Below, in pieces: positions 49,701 through 61,150 of a stretch of DNA of 64,000 nucleotides. The stretch comes from Enoplolaimus lenunculus. Lineage: Eukaryota. The notes below the pieces were generated by a model that did not search any database, had not been told where the DNA came from, and was given only the letters and a program-made list of their open reading frames with translations. Positions within the stretch are counted from its first letter, which is position 1; every line of letters starts with the position of its first letter. Made by a program: the position numbers and the translations under genes. The stretch is taken from NCBI GenBank assembly GCA_030248215.1, contig JASANG010000611.1, positions 62,001-126,000 on the forward strand, read 5' to 3'.

Positions 49701-52700
49701 CAAGTTCGGGTTTCCAGAGATCTGCGAATTCTCTGCACAAGGATTGACACTGATCTTGTAGCTGGGCATCCGCTTTCAAATGGCTGAAAACTGCATGGCA
49801 CGGTTGTGATGATTGCAGGATTTGATCCACTGATATACCCAATGTGCGGGTGGCATCTCGTCCCAATAGATTTAGTCCAGGGATCTCAGACACGGTGAAT
49901 TGAACATTGTGCGGCTCTTCTGACCCGGGAGACTTTGTTGCGGCGACGAACGTTCACACTATTGGCAAACGGTGCATGCTGGCTGATTCATACCTCCAGT
50001 CGGATTTCTTGAGGCTTGGGCACCCGAGTTCCTCCCAATATTGCCTTGATATGAAGTTACCCGTTGTGGCAGTGTCGACTTCCATGTTGATAGTTTTCCC
50101 ATGAATATTGATTGGGACTTCCAGCTTTGGCGAGGATTCAGTCTTCGTGAGTGCATTGACGCCATAGATAATTTTGACTGAAGTTGAGGAACCCTTGGCT
50201 CTCTTGCGGCAGACCTTCTCCAAATGTCCTTTGATCCCACAGTAGTTGCATTCGGACTCCTTGTATCGGCAGACATCAGCTTTGTGATTCTGATTCCCGC
50301 ATCGGTAGCATGCATGTGACTGCTTCTTTGAATCAGCCTCTTTGTCTTGAGGGGTCCATTTCTTCTTGGGACTGGGCTTCTGGTGGACTTTATGGACTGG
50401 CCTGGGCTTGACACCATGCACTTTGTCCTTCGCCACCTTCGCAGCATCTTCAGTTTCGATCGCAATTTCAATTGCCCGATTGAAGTCCAGGTCATCGTCC
50501 TTGACTTTGAACAGAGCCTTCAAAACAGCTTCATTGTTGATAGAGCATATGAACCTTGATCGAAGGGCTTCATCCTGTGGATCTTTGATTGAGGCAAAGT
50601 CGCAGGTTGCAGCATCTTGACGGATCCTTGCAGCCAGTTCTTGAGGCGTTTCACCTGGTTTTTGGCGCATTTCGCTCCAAAATTTGAATCTTTCGTGAAC
50701 CACAAACCGCTTTGGATCATATTGAGTCTTCATAAAATTGACAATTTCATCCATCGTGAGGTCGTTGATTTCTTTGGGCGGATTCTGTTGCCTTGCCAGA
50801 TTCCCCAATAGGCGATAGACTTCTTTTGTTTGGTTCGTCAGGAAGATTTGGGCCTTTTTGTTCTCCGATACTGAATGGGCACCGGCAAAAGTACGAAAGC
50901 GATCCCAATAATCCGGCCACAGTTCGCTGCTGGAGTCGAAGGGCTCGAAGTCGGGGATGTTGGGCATGGGCGTGGATGACGTTCCCGCTGCTTGTACCCC
51001 TTGATTTCCTGATTGGATTGCTTTGAGCATGGCCGACATCTGTTCCTGGTGTTGACGCTGTTGTTCTTCCATCTGGGCCTGCTGTTGGGCAAGTTGTTGT
51101 TGCATGAGGCTAATCAGCTTCGCCGTCTCTGACATCTTTATAGTTGATCTTCTTCAATCCGAATTGACGTTGGTCGCAGGTGACTCGAGTCGTTGTTCGT
51201 AGTTTTGAAGCAAGATCCTACTCAGTGCGCCAGAAAATCCCTGTTGTATTTCTTAGGAGTAATATTAAAATACCAATGAGACTTTAAAGTCAAACTTTAT
51301 TAAGTAAAGAAAACGAGTTAAAGTTAACGTAAAAGTTAAGCAAAGGAGACGGCTATTAAATGAAACGACCAGTTAAATGCAACAGTGAAATCAGGAATGA
51401 AATAACCTAAGCCTATCGCGGCTTAAATAGTGTTTGGTCATGTTTCCGGAAGCTTCTGATGTGTATTAGAAGGTTCCAGCAACATGACAAATGTACAGTA
51501 TATATACATAAACGTATATAGCTAGAATGTTCTAGCGCCTGATGTCATTTGGCATCAGTTATATATTTGTTTATATTGTAAACATAATGTTCTGGAATTT
51601 CCATAACACAGACGTTTGGCTAACGAGTTATTGTCAAATAACTAAATGTGGCGCCGAACCATGGTCGCTAGCAGCGCGCCAAATCAGTTATTTGACAACA
51701 ACTTGTTAAGTAAACTTCTGATTGCATAAAGTTTAACACCACTCGACTCAGCTCCGCAAACTGCGTCAAATGATATATAATTTGTCCAATTTTTCGAAAA
51801 AAGATTTTGTGTCCCAAGAAACTGACCTTGTGGCCTTAAAAATATTTTTTTCAAAAATTCCGATTTGGGCATGGAATGATTAGGGGATGTCATCAGAAGT
51901 TCAAATATTGAGAAAGTATCAAAATCCACGCATTTTTGGGCAAACGCCGGCCAAGGGTAAGATAACCGATCACCCAAACAATGAATAAATTTTTTCCATT
52001 TTTTCCGAACAAATGGAAATAAATTCATTTTTCCCGTCGTAATTATTTTCCGGGAAAAAACAATCGTAATTAGAATATCAAGAAATTTATACGTAGTAAT
52101 TTTTTGTAGAACGATCTGTAATATTATTGAAAACTATTTTACCTGTGCTGGAACATTGTCTAAATTACGTATATGAGACGTTCCAGCTTTAATGATATAG
52201 AAATGAAGGATAGGTAGTAATAAGATCCCGACGTTTTCCGATACACGAGAAAATCATTTCTGCTAGCTTTAGAATACCTCGTTGGTTGCTTAAGTCCAAA
52301 ATAAATATCTCGCAGGCTGTACTCGCTTGTATAAAACAACTTGCGCATGAGGTTATACCTTTCCAAAATCAAATCCTTTTTAAGCCTCAGCTATTATAGT
52401 GTATGTCTTAGGCACTGAACGCACGGTGTAACTAAAATACTATAGTCCCTAAAAGCTTAAACTAGCTCGATTTAAGCTTAATCTAGTCCACCAGTATTAA
52501 GCTTACTTTCTAGATTAACTAAACTAACAGGTAGGTCAGCGTTTATGCTCATTTAGAATCTTACATATTTACATTTTAAGCTAAACGTAATGAACTCTTA
52601 GATAGACATAATTTCTTGGCTGCATTTGTTATATAAATTAAAAATAAGTTTACTTAATCTCGTGTTTAAACTTAAAAACTCGTTTCTTACGTAAAACTTA

Positions 52701-55700
52701 AAATTCAAGTTCAGTTAGTTCGTCCAGCCATTTAAGTTTTACTAAAACTAATAATCAAGTTTAGTTAAGCTATATGTAATTTAATTTTAAGTTTTCGAAA
52801 GTGCATACATAGTGTCGTTCTGCCTATCGAAAAAGGATGCGTCAGCAATAATCACGGCAGAAATATTGCAATTGTTTGAAAGCATTTCAAAATACTCACT
52901 GAACAGAATAATGGGTGTCCGTATTTACCTGTCAAATTGTACTTAGTGAATAATTATCCAGGCAGGAGGGCTAAGGTCCTCGCTTACTACGATAGTTGAC
53001 GTGCTTTCATAGCGAAGTGTGCAACGTTATACTTCACAGGCGAACTAATTAAACTTTTCGTGACAACTATATCATCACTTACCTAGCAAACCGGTTACCA
53101 TCGCTGATACTTTGTCTTGTTTCAGACGAACAGCATAAATCTGATGGCTTAAATGAAGATATGAATGTAATTGAAAATATGCAGGTAATTGAAAATATAA
53201 AGGTAATTTAAAATATGAAGGTAATTGAAAATATAAAAGGTAATTTTAAATATGCATGTAATTGAAAATATAAAGGTAATTTAAAATATGAAGGTAATTG
53301 AAAATATAAAGGTAATTTAAAATATGAAGGGAATTGAAAATATAAAAGGTAATTTAACATATGAAGGTAATTGAAAATATAAAAGGTAATTTTAAATATG
53401 CATGTAATCGAAAATATTAAGGTAATTTAAATTATGAAGTTAATTGAAAATATGCATGTAATTGAAAATATCCGGGTAATTGAAAATATTTTAAATTTCT
53501 AATTATTTTTGCGCAGTTGAATTTTTTTACGTTGTGAACTGGATCATAATTGAAAGCACTAAATTGGTACTGATATTTCAGTCTGTTTAAGAAGCACGAG
53601 TGATTATCGGACGTGCCCATTGTCAACTTTACAATATTGTGCACCTTTTCTTGCACGGATGTTATTTTATTGCCCGTGTAACGTAAATCTTTATCCGCAA
53701 ATAGCGTCATACTCTGGTTTGATATAATGCACAATACGCGTTGCATACTTACTTGACTGCGCAAGCTTGTAGTCCTCGATGAAACCAGTTACCAATGGTT
53801 ATCGCCAGCGCAATTATAACCAGCAACAATGCTGTAATCCACCAATGAGCGTGTGTGCATTGTAGCTCAGATGGTAATAACGTCGTACCATATGTGAAGT
53901 TTGACAGATACGAGTAGGATTCATAGGATGGACTAAAACAAGTTGAAAGGATCTATTTCTTACAAATTATTCTGTACCGTTATTTTGAGACAAGTCTTAT
54001 ATATAAACATTTCTCCATCCATTGGTTTCTCCACTGACCCTTGTGAAAAGTAGGCTATAACTGTAAAATACTACACAATCCGTATTATGTACAGCTCAAA
54101 ACTATCAGTTAAAAGGTTTTGTTATTTCATGATTATTTCGCATTTCTGATATTGTCAAATTTTTTAAGATGTAACAGTTTGACCCTCTTTTTGCAACAAC
54201 GTAGTTATATTTGTTCTGACCACTTTCGGTACATTTATGGTCATTAAGTTTGAAAGTTACTGTGACTTTTAAGATAATCGATTTTTTGCAGAAACAGAAA
54301 CGTGATTTTGATATCAGGTTACTTTTTGTTGTAGAATCATGAGTGATATTAATCCCGGTCCATGTATAGAACAGGGACGGATCGTTTTTGAGAGGGGCTA
54401 TAATAGAGTCAGTTTAAGCTTTAGACTAATTTTTTTGCTTAGGCTTAGGTTTAGGTTTAGGAATACGCTCATCCGTACGCTTAGGCTTAGGCTTAGGAAT
54501 ATGCTTATACTACTGTTCCGGCCCGGTTCTATACATGGGTCCTTATCCCTGTAAGCGAACTAGTACTTTGCTAGGCTAACAAAGTTTTTTGAGCCTCAAA
54601 TATGTCGAAAAATTCTTGCGCCACATCGATATTAGAGGATAAGTTTAACGACATTGCTTTAATGTACACACAGCCCATGCATTGATATTGACATCTTCCG
54701 TGTTCTCGAGAAGTGCTCGAAACAAAGAAGCGGAAACTTGAACTCAAGTCACAACAGAGTAAACGATTTTATTTGTTTACTTGTGCTTTTATACTCAGGT
54801 TTTTCTGTATGATTTTTACTTGAGCCCAACAATTAGCGACCTCAGCTTTTTGGCTTCCTGAAAATTGAAGAGCAAATTGGGCATGCGCCACCCCTTCTCT
54901 TAGATTCTTCACATCACCGCCCCTGCACACAGAAATATTTTTAATTTGTTACGAGCCCATTTGAATCGCCATGCCGGCAACCTTAAAATCTGACTAAGTT
55001 TGTCAAAGTTGACAGCTTATTCATGCTTAAAAGCGCACCATTAAAATTAGTACCCAACAGAAAAAACGTACAATCTAGCTTGTACCAAAGTTGCGGTATA
55101 TCACAGGCTCTAACTGGCAATAAAAATCAGCCCTAAGAGTCGTGGCGCAACCAGGAATTTCTCAACAATAGAAGGGTGCATATACGGATGCGGTCGTTCT
55201 AGAAATTAACGTTAAAGCCGCTGTATTTAATAATAAATTATATATTTTACTGTACTGGGCCGAATAAGAGGGGGTCCCCATTTTGAGTCTCAATCAATAG
55301 GAATCTGTATCCCTAAAAAGAGTCCCTAAGCGGATAGAGTTCCTAAACCTAATTAATTAGAGCCCATAACTGTCAATTATCCCTAATTGTAGCTAAAAAA
55401 GGAACAAAAGGCTCAAATAAAGTTGAGTGCGAAACTTTAAAGCTAACTTTATTTATTAACTTTATATATACTTAAGTTTTGAAAGTACATTCTTGTATAA
55501 CCTTGCATTATCGCTCAACAAGCTTTTGAAAAGTTTAATTTAGATAATTGCAGTGCCAAATATATATCAGTGACGAAGGGTTTGCAGAGCGTGGGTTACA
55601 AATAAATAACAGTCCCCCCTCTTATTCTGGTAACTACAGTATATCACTGACCTACAAAACATCCAATCCATTGTATTTGGTAGGAATGACGCAACGATAT

Positions 55701-58700
55701 AAAACATGCCAGTAAGCGACCATGTACCTATCAGAGCTATAGTAACAGCGCCAAATCTTTCATATCTTGCCGAAATTTGGTACCAACCAATAATCGGCCC
55801 TATTTCAAAGCTGACAAGCCAAACAAGACCTGAAATCCAACCATTTATGGGTGAGACGAGTAGCCAGATGAAAATTGCTAATGGATAGGCAAACATTTTT
55901 AAACAAGCATATGGGATTTACCATGATTTTCCTAGTTGAATCGAAACTTTTGACCACTCATCTGGCTGCGAGCATGTTATGTTGATTAATGATGTCCTAA
56001 AAGTCTATAGCAAAGTGGTAATGGTAAACGTCTCCCACTCAGTTCTCTGGCGTTTGAATTCTAGCTGAAAAAAATATGTCTGATAAAATAGAAAATATTT
56101 ATGCAGGAAACGGATACACTGAGTACACCCAGTACACCAGCGGATTAACTATCATATTTGTACTAATAAGCTTCACCCAATGTACGAAGTTAACTTGTAA
56201 AAAAATGTTTCCTTGTTTAGCTTCAAGTGAATGTGAATAACTTCAGTGAACCAAACACAAAATCAAAAACAAACCTGACACCAGCGCAATTGCATAGTTG
56301 GACGCGAAGTTTGAATCCGATATCAGCATCGCTATAGGCAGCAAAAGTCCAGTGGCGTGTAAGAAGTATGCAGACAGAACTCGAGCACCAAGAACGCAGA
56401 CAAATGTTACGTTGACAAAAGCGGACAGTGAAGATTGGTTAGACGACCCCGGAGTTTCATCATAATCCGCGGTCTCGTCAGCAAATTCGGCTTCGTCACG
56501 AAAAATAATCAAAGGCAGACTCATCAAAATCATTAAGCCGCCAGTTAACGAGTATCCGACCGTCCACGCGTTATCTAAAATCAGATCGGACTTAATAGCG
56601 AAAGGTTGTAGCCAAGGAAAAGATTTAGCAGTCCAAGACGTCAACCGCTTCTTTCCAACATACTGGATTAGTCACTGCAATCACTATACGCCGCCAGAAT
56701 ATTGGATAACCGAGCGCAATTGAGGTAAAGTGGAGAAAGTTTATTAAGATTCTGCCGCTCGCAATTTACATTTCCCTTGCACAAACGTACAGCAATCGTG
56801 TTAACTTTGTACATATACGTGTCGTTTTTGATAATGCTGAGCTCAGAATATATTATATGTGTACGTATATGTCGCGCCTCAAACACACCTTTGCCCAATT
56901 CGCCACCAGGACGTTTTAAATGACAATTGCTGTTCGGAAGTCGACAAAGCTGATTTGCGCAATAATTATTTGGCATCACCATGTTAGCAAAGTATACATG
57001 AAACAATTTCCATATAGTATAGAAACGAAGCTGTATGAGTGTGTGCCGTTTTGTTTAATCGAATACGTTATGTGGGTAATGCTGTTTTTATTTACGTTCA
57101 TTTAATTAGCCAATCAAATTGCGCCTCGATAATTCATCTCTATCACATAAACCTTGTTTATTTTATAGTTTGTAAATTTAGTGAAGGCAAGTACTTACTG
57201 CGTAAGTCAGTTTTCTCGAATATAGTCAGTCACGCCTCAAGAACTAATCAAAATTAGTCTGTATTAAAGTAGTTATTTGGACTACACCGAACAGCAATTG
57301 TCGTTTGGGACGTTCTAGATGCCAACTGGGGCAAATAGCTGTTTGGGGCACGACGTATGTACTTGTAGGTAGTAGGGTTCAAGCGGAATTCTTGTTCCGG
57401 CCGAAATTTCTGCAAAAATTCAATTCCTGTTCCCGTTCCTGTATTCTAAGATGCAGGAACCGGAATTTTTACGGTTTTGTGGCAAATAATTTATAATCAT
57501 TTAAATACGGGAAACAACTATAACTTTATTGTTATGACAACGGCCGGCTTTAGCGTTTATTTCATTTTGCTCGAAATTCAAGTATTTACTTAAGTCGTCA
57601 ACTTAATTATTTAAATATAACTTAAGTAATTACTTAAGTAAGATTTCGGAAACCCAGCCAATGTGCAAATTAACGTCGTATATTCTGTAAGTCACTATTT
57701 TCAAACGTGCACAGTATCTATTAGCAGTTTGCTTTAGGCCTCATAACGACTACAAAGCAGTAAACGATAATGTTGCAAAGTTTGCACACGTTTTGCACTT
57801 GAATTTGTCCATTTCTGCGCAGATGTTCAGCTCATCAGATGCCACAGTTCACTTACTTATTTGAAAACCGATTACTTACGATAAGTACTGCATACAGTTG
57901 GGAATGTGGCTCCTTAAGTAATTTATTAAAATTTTTACCTGATATTAACGACAACACCGCAGCGAGCAAAAATCCTAATACTCGTCCACCAATTGGAACC
58001 AGAAACATAATACCTATAATTGACCAATGAAATTCATTCTGGAAAGCGTATTCGTAAGCCTAAGCCTTAGACTACACAAAAAGAGCGTCTAAAATTTAGC
58101 TTACTCTATTGCAGTTCCACAGAAAAACGTTCCGTCCTTGGTATTTACATGGGCTAAATAAATGAATCTTTAGCCAGCAATTACCTGATCATATCTAATA
58201 TTGCTACAGTGTTTTAACGTTGTATGTGAAGTTAGGTATAGAATGCTAATTATAATATATAAAATATTGAAGGACAATACAATTTCGTTTAGTTTATCGC
58301 AGCCGGTAAAGACTCTCTGATATTTTCGTAAACGTAAAATATGTAAAACAATTAGCTGAAACGATGTCCAAAATACGTATGGCGGCGTACCAGTTTTGTT
58401 GTTAAAAATATTGGATTCGGAGGGTACAACAACAACATCGACAACAAGAGACTGATAGGTTGCGTTTGCTGCATTTTCTATAATTTAAGGTTCAACTGAT
58501 TGCAAATTCTTTTAATCTACACTTGAATTCACCGATACCCTTTGAGGAGGGAGTGCACAAAAACTCCAAATGCTTACTTAACCATCTCCATTTTCCTGAC
58601 TGGGAGATTAAGTCGTTGTCCGCAGGTCGATACAAAGCAAACACAAGAGACGCAATAATAGCGGTTGCACCAATTAGCGTTTGAGCAATTAGCTGAACAA

Positions 58701-59361
58701 TATAGTAAATAGCCGTCGATTTTACATAATTCGGAGTATTCCAAACAGCCAGCATAGCTTCAGTAACATTGACATTCTCTTGCACCGTCGAAATATATTT
58801 CACTGATTGATTTTCAAATAAATTTTGATTATTTTGAATTTCATTGCGTTTTGCAGTAACAAAGTCAGCTGTTGGGCGGATGGTAAGAAGTTGTTTAGTT
58901 CCTTGAAGTTCTGATACTGAAATCGTTGCTATATTTGTGAATGAAACGTTAAGCGTGACTGCTGAATCTGTTGCTCTTGCTGCATTGAGCATAGCAGGGC
59001 TTGTAGAATTTACAATTATCTTTGAGAAACTCATAGGTTGATTTAACAGATGCGATGAGCCCATCGCTAGCGCAGCAATTCCGGACACAAAACCGCTGCA
59101 TGCAACTGCAATTTGTAATTTTGACCCTGAATGTGGATGTGCAGAACGTGGCATTATGTCACGATTATGCCATAGGATTACGGTAAATATTAGGTATCCG
59201 GTAGCGTACGCAGAAAGAAGTCCTGCGAAATCAAGCGGTGAATAGCCGAGAAAATTAGCAATGGATGGTTGAGCGCCGATCAGAAACGTTTGCAGAGCGC
59301 TACAGAAGAATGCGATACCAAACTGGCACAGGTGAACAACAGATTGAGGTGAATCGAACAT
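43766..59361 (-). CDS. Highly divergent OATP/SLCO-like MFS membrane protein (~1016 aa), no Kazal domain, long repeat-containing C-tail; exons 59361-58578, 58013-57939, 56574-56275, 55877-55652, 53932-53753, 53147-53083, 45186-43766
   Basis: Seven exons join in frame (3051 nt) with about 12 hydrophobic segments in OATP order. FLIGAQPSI..LLSAYATG aligns to YVVGIQTSL..MLAMYDIG of the neighbouring SLCO. Also present: LIAQTLIG..ADND (TM4), RVLGFLLAA (TM5), DNAWTVGY (degenerate GAWWxGF signature), LLGNVPSPIVIG (TM11). AATAAA at 43742-43737 follows the stop. Exact acceptors of exons 2 and 4 are less certain. Confidence 0.75.
44336..44609 (-). repeat. Coding 21-bp (occasionally 27-bp) tandem repeat giving (GQSPDRP)-like heptads
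   Basis: ctttgacctggacgatcagga unit, about 12 copies, in frame within the last exon of the OATP-like gene. Confidence 0.93.
46560..46926 (-). repeat. 3' LTR
   Basis: 367-bp direct repeat of 51242-51608, preceded by the polypurine tract GGGTGGAGAGG (46937-46927). AATAAA at 46619-46614. Confidence 0.96.
46947..51135 (-). pseudogene. Disrupted gag-pol polyprotein of the LTR element
   Basis: Gag with CYRCGNQNHKADVC and CNYCGIKGHLEKVC; protease VDTA..LLGRD; RT KIDLADAY..YLDD; RNase H CDAS..KEALA..TDH; integrase LHLDHA..TDN..NGSAER. Lesions: in-frame TGA at 49956-49954, and 1-bp deletions near 49559 and 49232. Confidence 0.92.
51215..51232 (-). promoter_or_regulatory. Primer-binding site (tRNA 3' end complement, Ser-like)
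   Basis: TGGCGCACTGAGTAGGAT is complementary to a tRNA end ..AUCCUACUCAGUGCG-CCA (G discriminator). It lies 9 nt inside the 5' LTR boundary. Confidence 0.75.
51242..51608 (-). repeat. 5' LTR
   Basis: 367 bp, TGTTAT...ACAACA on the minus strand. Differs from the other LTR at one position (51347 a versus 46665 t). Confidence 0.96.
53160..53490. repeat. 18-19 bp AT-rich minisatellite
   Basis: gtaattgaaaatat(g/a)aag repeated about 18 times next to the exon 6 acceptor. Confidence 0.88.
54357..54541 (+). mobile_element. MITE family C copy
   Basis: TIRs and body match family C; degenerate TSD ttaatccc/cttatccc. Confidence 0.85.
55248..55641 (+). mobile_element. MITE family A copy
   Basis: TIRs and body match family A; ends about 10 bp from the exon 4 boundary (55652) of the OATP-like gene. 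Confidence 0.8.
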
Positions 59362-60765
59362 ATTCTTGAAATGCACACTTTACTGAGTTAAATCTACTTT
59401 ACATGCTATTTCAGTATGTACTCGTATATTCATAATGTTGTCAGGTGTGCAACTAATACCTCTTAACCTACGCAAATATCAAACATATTATGGTGTATGA
59501 AAGTGTGCCCACGACTTGTGCACATGGTCTTAATCGTGCCCCCCATCAACTGTATGAATTTGTGTTTTATATCTTCGAACATTAATTTCGAAAAATCTTA
59601 CCTGCTCCTAAGTACTGCCAGAGTAAGGCGAAGTATTTTAGAGTCACGCTAATAAGAGAATTTAGTCGATATCTCCAATTAGAGTCCGTATTTGGTTAAA
59701 GTGGTAAATTTTGAATTTTAGACCGTAAATGTTAATAACTCTAGTTAGATTACGCAAATTGTTCCTGAACCAATAAAACTATGTATGAATTTGATTACTC
59801 AAAGTTACGTTCCTATAATTGTAGCAGTATACTCAACATTCAAAAGCACATTACTTAAGCAATGTAGTCAAATCGAAGACAGCGGCATAAGTAAAAGGTG
59901 ATTGGAATTCGAATAAAATGGGTTAGAACATAAATAACAGTTCGTTCCGGAATGGCAAGTGATACCTTCTAGAGAGAAAAATAAATATTGGTCACGTATA
60001 CAATACTTATTCGGGACACTACAATAGCTTTACGATTGTAAATTAAGATGCGGACCCGGTGGCTAGACAGTCCGGCTTTATTGTGAAGCTAAATCTGAAT
60101 GAGACATTATTGATGTTTAGAATGGAACACTATCCCATATTTAAGGGCGTGGATACTAAGCCTAAACCTTAGCCTAAATTTAACTAATTTTAAATCGGAA
60201 GCTTAACCCTAAGCATCGCAGTCTCTAAATCCACCAGTCTGTAATTTGATCGAAGCGGGATGCCGAAGCCACTTAATACATACCTGCTTGCGGCGGCCAT
60301 GGGTCTAAACCTGCGAAATTTGGTACCCTGTGAACAGTGAAATATAAAATCAGAAATCAGCCTTGCGCATATTAATACATCCATAAACCAGATAACGCGC
60401 TGCACGTTGCCTACGCGCCTGTAACATACTGAATGTATTTATAAAAGTGCTAATTGCAACCAAAAATTTGCCATCGAATAGATAAACACTGCACTTTATG
60501 TTTGTTTGATATTTACACTGCGATGACTGTATCGTTTAGCAGTTTTGTTATCTAAATTAGAAAGTTTAATACTTCAATAAGAGATGAATTACGCTTTTAT
60601 AGTATAAAATGTTAGCTATAGATCGCTATTTCACAACTTTTGAGGGTAGAAGTGACCGATTTCATTGTACAGTGAAAACATTAAGCTACGTCATTTATGA
60701 AGCACACTTGCGTTGAACAAAGTTTAATTGTATCCAAAAAGGTAAACCATGTACATATTAAAGTT

Positions 60766-60960
60766 GGCCAATGTATAGAACAAGGCCGGAACAGTAGTGT
60801 AAGCATATTCCTAAGCCTAAGCCTAAGCCTAAGCGTAAAGATCAGTTTAGGGGTAAGCCTGAGCCTAAGCGTAATCCTAAGTAAAAAAGTTAGTCTAAAG
60901 CTTAAACTGACTATTACAGCCCCGCCTGAAAACAATCCGGCCCTGTTCTATACATTGGTC
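60766..60960 (-). mobile_element. MITE family C copy
   Basis: ggccaatgtatagaacaaggccgg ... ccggccctgttctatacattggtc with (CCTAAG)n inside. Confidence 0.82.
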
Positions 60961-61150
60961 AAAGCTGATGTTATGTTGTATTTTTCGTTTTCTTGGAAAC
61001 TGAAATGGCGCACTACGAGCTTTGGGCGTTTTGGACCGCCAACGCGCGAGGATAACGGGTCTGTGCTCAAAATAGGACCGGTTGCAATCCTAATAATAGG
61101 CCGGTCATTATGAAATAAGTTGGGTATCATGTGACATTCGTCAAACTGTG

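Larger units (their letters stand above)
46560..51608 (-). mobile_element. Full-length Ty3/Gypsy LTR retrotransposon (Mag-like), 5049 bp
   Basis: Two 367-bp LTRs (TG..CA), 5-bp TSD CAGAC (46555-46559 and 51609-51613), PBS, PPT, and domain order gag-PR-RT-RH-IN with two CCHC knuckles. Confidence 0.97.
46390..51898. mobile_element. Palindromic (fold-back) non-autonomous element interrupted by the LTR retrotransposon
   Basis: With the LTR removed, the left arm (tcgaaaaattagacaaattatataccatt..caatcagac|gtttggctaacgagttattgtcaaataact) is the imperfect reverse complement of the right arm (agttatttgacaacaacttgttaagtaaacttctgattg..aatgatatataatttgtccaatttttcga). Centre is near 51650-51680; outer ends are approximate. 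Confidence 0.75.

Noticed and set aside
49954..49956. Programmed gag-pol stop readthrough
   Set aside because: The TGA lies after the protease catalytic motif at a position expected to be Gly, and other lesions are present, so a nonsense mutation is more likely.
55878..56064. Longer exon 4 with two in-frame stops, suggesting a pseudogene or altered genetic code
   Set aside because: A phase-compatible acceptor at 55879-55878 avoids both stops, and all other exons read normally in the standard code.
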